In this document: piece after piece, positions 58,397 to 64,000 of the stretch
Layout: every line of letters starts with the position of its first letter
How positions within the stretch are numbered: the stretch's first letter is position 1
Assembly (NCBI GenBank): GCA_037447605.1
Contig: CM074813.1
Span: 2,356,001-2,420,000 of the forward strand
From: Zygnema circumcarinatum SAG 698-1b
Lineage: Eukaryota; Plantae; Zygnematophyceae
Direction of reading: 5' to 3'
Length of the DNA: 64,000 bases
Made by a program: the position numbers and the translations under genes
Notes under the pieces: model-generated
What the model was told of the DNA's origin: nothing
What the model saw: the letters and a program-made list of their open reading frames with translations, nothing else
Databases searched by the model: none

Positions 58397-59273
58397 GGCG
58401 GTTGGTTCTCTCCTCTCTCCTTTTATACTCTCGCTCTCGCAAGCTCACAAAAGAGAGCCATAGAGTCCTCAGGCGTGCCTTGCAGATACGGTGGAGGGGG
58501 GGGGGAGGAGGTCAAGAGAGGGAGAGAGTTGCAGGGAGCAATAAGGAGGGAGAAGGAACGAGTGCAAGAGACACGAGAAGAGAGAGAAGAGCCGGGAGAG
58601 TAGGGGGAGAGGACGCGCGAGAGAAGGAGAGATTGTAACAGGGTTTTATGTGTGCCAATTTATAATCGCGATAATTGCGTACATGCTCCACCGGCCATAC
58701 AATAACGATTGCATCAGCTACACACTTTCCCACCTATCTGGTTTTGATTCAACAAACCGCCATAAAATGAAAGAAAACCGAATCAAACTCCATAGAACCC
58801 TAGTAGTCAAGGCTCAGGTTTTTGTGGAACAAGTTGAGAATGTACCTGGATGACCCCATGGCCCACATTCAGAATGTGAGGCTGGCCCCCTCCTCATCGC
58901 GGAGGGCATCCTCGGAGGGCATCCACGTCGCCCTAAAGGGCCATGACCGTACGAGTCAACGGCAGACACGAAAGAATTGAAGTGGATGGCAAGACATTCA
59001 AATGCAGGACAAGTTGAGGAGATACTAAGGAGTATTGCATGGAGGGACAAAGAGGGAGAGGGAGTGAGGGAGAGGGGCAGAGAGAGAGAGAGGGAGTGGG
59101 AGAGAGAGAACCAAGGAAGGCGAAGTGGAAAGAGAAGGTGAAGTGTGCTCACCTGTAGCACTTTCGTTGGCCCAAAAGGAGACCTCGCCTCGGCCATGTC
59201 CGTGGCCCAGTCGAGGCTCGCCACGTCAGCACTGCATTGCGCTACAATCCGTTTCAATTTCAATTTCAATTTC

Positions 59274-59614
59274 TCACAAACTTTATCAATTGTAGGGACT
59301 GAAGATGACTTGCATAATTTCATAGTTGCATCAAAAAGGCAGTTTCGGAAAGGCTCGGGAAATAGTACGGACACTCAAAACAAGACAAGAATGGGGCATA
59401 CCTGAAATATTTTTCGCGGATAATGCTCCCCTCGCCCTTTCCCCCAAAGAGGTACACCTGTGTGCCGAGTGAAGGAGTGGTAGCCGCGCATGCGAGGGAT
59501 GTCTCCCTGCGGATGTAAAGTTTCCCACACAAGGGTATCTGCACCTCCACAACCATTTCCAAGGAGAGTCACATCCAAAATGTGTGCGTGTGTGTGTGTG
59601 TGAGAGAGAGAGAG

Positions 59615-59680
<66 letters not shown>

Positions 59681-61069
59681 GAGCGAGAGAGAGGGGGGTA
59701 AAGAGAGAGAGCCTCAACATTTACCCATGTCACTCTAATTTCAGTCTTTCCACTTTATTTCTAGAAAATCTCTTTCTACAGTACACTCCCTGCCTTAGCT
59801 TGCCTTCGTCCTACCACCCTCTCCCGCCAGTTCCACCTCTCCCTCGCGTCCCTCCCCTCCTCATTACTCACCCGTGTGCAGAACCATGTGGTCTCCCAGC
59901 CATTCCATGCGTTCCCCTCCAAAACCGTCGAAAATGAGAATGGAGTCCGAGTGAAGGGGATGCACAACGGCTGCATGCGTCCCCCTCAGCTGCCCTCCAT
60001 GGCCAGAGGTAGTGGGATGGCTCCACTGCATTCGCCCACATTCATTCACATCACTAAATTCGATGATTAACTTATCAATTGACGAATTATTTGATTGATT
60101 GATCAACTAGCTATTAACTGATTGATCTCTTCCTAAAGGGATTATCGAATAAAGAGTCAAAACAGTGCTAGAGCATGCGCCTGCATTCACATCACACGCA
60201 AAGTCTCAGATCCAACCTCACCCTCCTCACTCCATTATTTAGTGCATGAGATAAAGTAAGCCTCCCTTGCCCACTCCCTACTTGGCTTCTACCCTCCTTT
60301 ATTCGACTGAAACAACAGCAAATTCAGAGATTCTTTAACCTTCCGTACCGTCAAAGTGTCCGTGTTGAGCACGTGCAGATCGCCCTGCATGTTGTCGTGG
60401 TCGCTCCCTCCAATGAGCCAAATGCAGTTCTCTCCGATGAGAGTGGCCGAGGCGTACGCGCGAGGGGAGAAGGGCGCGCAGCCCTCCACAAGGTCCCACT
60501 GCTCCGACTCGCAGTCGAAGGCCCACACATCGTTCAAAAACTTGTCGCCGTCGCGGCCGCCCATCACGAAAATTTTAGTTTTGACCAAAGCGGCGGCGTG
60601 ACCGGAGCGAGGTTTGAACTCGGGAGGGACTGCGGCCCGCAGCAAGAGCCTTCACTCAGACAGTGAGCGGAAGAAGACATTTTCTTCGTTGCAGAAAGAT
60701 AAGATTCACAGGGTTTGTGATTTAAAGAATGGAGCGTTTATTTTACAAAGAGTTAAATCCTTTAAAAAAGGTTAAAAATTTAAGAAATAAAAATATTTGC
60801 ATTTTCAAAGGGAAAGCCTCCCAAAACCTCTTGAACTGCAAAATTAAAACAAAATTGAAAGAAATAAACCTTACAGAATGCCTGGTTCAACATAATATCA
60901 TCATCATTCGTTGTTAACGAGAAAAAATAAAGAAAGAACACAGAAAGAGAGGTACACCCAAAAAAAATATGTAGAAATTTAGGCAGACCTTAAAACGAAA
61001 AAGGCCACTTCTCTTACCCGGCATGGCCTCCCAATGGGCGCGCCACGTGGCACCTTCTGCGAGCCCCAT
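59274..61069 (-). pseudogene. Inverted partial copy (exons 1-4) of the kelch/coiled-coil gene, frameshifted and truncated
   Basis: Reverse-complement homology to 50853-52919. Exon 2 looks identical. Exon 3 has GG->DG in a kelch motif. Exon 4 has a 5-nt deletion (ccttcactccgctcggcac -> ccttcactcggcac) that shifts the frame. Homology ends inside intron 4. Confidence 0.85.
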
Positions 61070-61354
61070 GGCGCCTGCTTCCTCCCTCTCCCTCGTCCTC
61101 CACGCCAAGCGTTCGCCACAACGACAATTGCAGAAAAGGTGTTCACACGGGCGGTTTGGTTCAGAACTGGATCACTTTCCCGTATGTGTGAACACCAAGG
61201 GTGTTTTTGTTTTTTGGCGTCGTTGGAATGCACTAAAAGACAAAACGTTTATCGTACCGTACACCTTGGGTGACTCTCCCGTTGACTTCAGTACAAACAT
61301 GTTTGGCACGGACAGCTCGGTTGGCGACAACTCGATATTCCAGTCAGCGCTCGC

Positions 61355-61856
61355 CACGTGGTGCTCCTCCGGTCGTCCGCCAATCGGCTGTGAGCTGCCA
61401 GCTCGACCGGCGATCACCGCGGTCGATGACTGCGAGCCAGCACAGCAACGGTACCCACGTGGCACGAGACCGATTCTCGTAACCACGTGGCCACGCGCGA
61501 TTAGCGAACGCCAGCGTGTCCTGTTAAATTCTCCGGATAGAAGAGTTTTGGGAATGGCTGTCGTGGCAGACACGTGATCGCCACGTTGACAGTACGGCCC
61601 CTCATGGAAGCAGAGGAAGCGTGGCAGACGACGGCGTAACTGTCGATGGAACCGCTCCTTGAAGCCTTCTCGAACCTTCTCCAAATTTTTTTTCAAGCAC
61701 AAGTTGCAATTTTTTTATTTCCCACAAGAGCTGACCTTGAAGTTGACCTGCCCGCCGGTTCAGCGTCAGCAATTCACCGACTCACCGTACAATGAAACCT
61801 TTTTCTGGTCAGACAAAATTTTCTTCTAGAAAGGAACTTTGGTTGTAGGTCACGTG
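61355..61856. promoter_or_regulatory. G-box/ABRE-like cluster between the divergent kelch pseudogene and the USP gene
   Basis: CACGTG at 61355, 61456, 61484, 61571 and 61851. Confidence 0.45.
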
Positions 61857-62578
61857 GTATGACGCTATTGGATATGGTTGATTCCTTTTGCGTGGCCGTT
61901 TCTGTTAGGTCAGTCCGTTGACCGTGACTACGGTGACGTGGACGTGTAGATCTTGACCCGCCGACTCGCGGTCAGTTCATACGAACAAACCAAGGTTCAA
62001 CGTTAAATCTGAAGAATGTTTGGAATTCTAGAAGAAAAATCAACTTTTCAACAACAGCGTAATCTAGAAGGATCAACTATGTAAATATTTCCGATTCCAA
62101 GGAACACAGAGTGGGAAGATTTTACGACAACCCTGACCGTGAAAACTCTCAAGACGGTCAGTGAATTTTATTTGGCAAAAATTTTGAGCTAATACAAAAT
62201 GCACGGACGGACCAAGAAATGTAATAACTCCTATCTGTTCCTCTCTAAAGTGGTCACTTTCCACCGTCCTTCGCCTTCAAGGGCAAATATCTGCTCCATT
62301 ACTAAGTCTCCACCTGCAATCACTCCCTCGAACCACATTCCCTCCATATTCTTTCCTTTCCCTACACTCTTTCAATGCTTCAAAACTAGAAAAAGCGCGT
62401 CAGGAGAAGCGCGCATTGCTCTCGCTTTACCTTGAGAACCGCGAGAGGGATTTTGGAGCGATATCGGAGGTTTCGGACTGTGAAGAGGAGGCGGAGCAGC
62501 ACCACGGCTGAGGCGAGCCCTTCTCCCGCTTCTCCTTCCGCGGGGGCTGTGACCAAAAAGAGGCCGCGGGCCGCCGCC

Positions 62579-63862
62579 ATGCCTCTCCCTACTCAGGCGT
62601 CCGAGCGCGAGGATGGCCGCAAGATTGCAATCGCGGTCGACCTGAGCGACGAGAGCGCGCATGCAGTTCGCTGGGCTGTTGCGAATTATCTTCGCCCTGG
62701 GGATCAGGTGATTGCAATGGAGGCTTCCTTTCGACTCTCTCTTAGTGGCAGTTGCAGACTCGTCGTGCACTTTTACCAAGCAATGAGCTTTTTGTGAATT
62801 TGGGATTTAATGGTTTAATATTTGATGAGGCTGGAGAGAGTGAAATCTGCATTATGCTTGTTTGGCGAGGGAGGGTGGGAGTGTGGGGTGGGGGATGGAG
62901 CGGGCTTGTTCGAGGCCTGTTATCGTTCTTCTTTGGTTTCCAATGCTGCGTCCATAGAAATTTCTTGTGGGATGTTGGAGGCTGACGTGTCAGGCCCTGT
63001 GGCCGTTATTTACCAGTCGTAGTCCAATGTAGAGATGACAACAGCAGCGAAGAGCTGCGTGCATGCATTGAACGAGGGAATGCATGCAGGCTGAAAGTGT
63101 GCTTTGACCTTTCGTTAGGTTACAGAACAATGAAGAGATTAAGGTAGGATGACTGGCTGGAGGTCGAGGTATCGCACTGTAGTAAAATGTTAGCCAAGCA
63201 TTTTAGGACTGGTTACGCCAGTTTTCACGAACGACTTGGAGAATTATTTGGTTTCTAAGAAAGCATATATGGTCGCAATGTCATGCAGTGTTTAGTTTCA
63301 TTACGGAAGGTTAACAATTATGTTATCAAGGGACCGTGAACAGGTGATAATCCTGCATGTTCGCCCAACCTCAGTACTGTATGGGGCTGACTGGGGAGCA
63401 TCGGATTCAGTACTCGCCGCTGACAAAGATGCCACTCAAAAGCTGGAAGATGAGTTCGACTCGTTCACAACAACCAAGAGTGAAGAGCTTGCGAAACCTC
63501 TCGTGGAAGCAAACATTCCATTTCAGATCAAAATTGTGAAGGACCATGACATGAAGGAGCGTCTATGTTTGGAGGTGAGAGAAAGTGACTTTTTCTAGCG
63601 GACCTTGAGTTTGGGGGGTTTAATTTTCCTTATCGTTACTCTACATATGGACGACTGCTCCTATTGAATACCATTACGATTTTTCTGTGGAAAACTCTGT
63701 TTTGACAATATGTAAAATTCAATCTACTTTCATGGCTTTGGGACACAGGTGGAGAGGTTGCGTGTCAGTGCCTGTATCATGGGGAGCCGCGGTTTTGGAG
63801 CCGAGAAGCGTTCACGCAAGGCCAGGCTCGGCAGTGTTAGCGACTATTGTGTCCATCATTGT
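62579..63862 (+). CDS. PHOS32: Universal stress protein A-like (PHOS32/PHOS34 type), 3 exons visible, probably continuing past the window
   Basis: RKIAIAVDLSDESAHAVRWAVANYLRPGDQ|VIILHVRPTSVLYGADWG...IVKDHDMKERLCLE|VERLRVSACIMGSRGFGAEKRSRKARLGSVSDYCVHH, followed by a likely gtgagt donor. Confidence 0.88.
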
Positions 63863-64000
63863 GAGTTCACCCGCCCTGGCTTTGTACACCGGAAGTGCAA
63901 ATGCATTTCGAGTTTTTATTTGATGTATGGGTGACTTGGTACCAAGCCAGATGCGTTTCTTCATTCCAAACCGCGTGTCTGAATCATTAGCCTGGAATAT

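Noticed and set aside
58102-58638. 178-aa plus-strand ORF as a functional Ran GTPase
   Set aside because: It contains only the G4-G5 region and lacks the P-loop and switch motifs, and its 5' part is the antisense arm of the hairpin.

Overview
Eukaryotic, intron-rich, gene-dense window (~50% GC, many GA/CT microsatellites). The plant-type gene set suggests a streptophyte green alga of charophyte grade (inference). Genes, left to right: a probable transit-peptide 5' end running off the left edge (-), an intronless subfamily-IX-like bHLH (+), RAD51B (+), a Ty1/Copia relic, a plastid ADS/FAD5-type desaturase (+), MCM5 (-), a bacterial-type polysaccharide pyruvyltransferase (-), SAR1 (+), intronless HISN7/IMPL2 (+), SPINDLY (-, with a probably artefactual 1.3-kb duplication around an N gap), a kelch/coiled-coil gene (+), an inverted, frameshifted partial copy of that gene (-), and a PHOS32-like universal stress protein (+, runs off the right edge). 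The SPY-kelch intergenic region (46.5-50.7 kb) holds five non-autonomous TIR/foldback elements, three with readable target-site duplications. The top finding is a ~370-bp imperfect hairpin at 58031-58396, formed by inverted duplication of a Ran-GTPase fragment. Its arm differences strongly favour G:U pairs on the minus strand (20 vs 2), and a TATA box lies about 25-30 nt upstream on that strand. It is a candidate MIRNA/hairpin-RNA gene born from a Ran-like gene.
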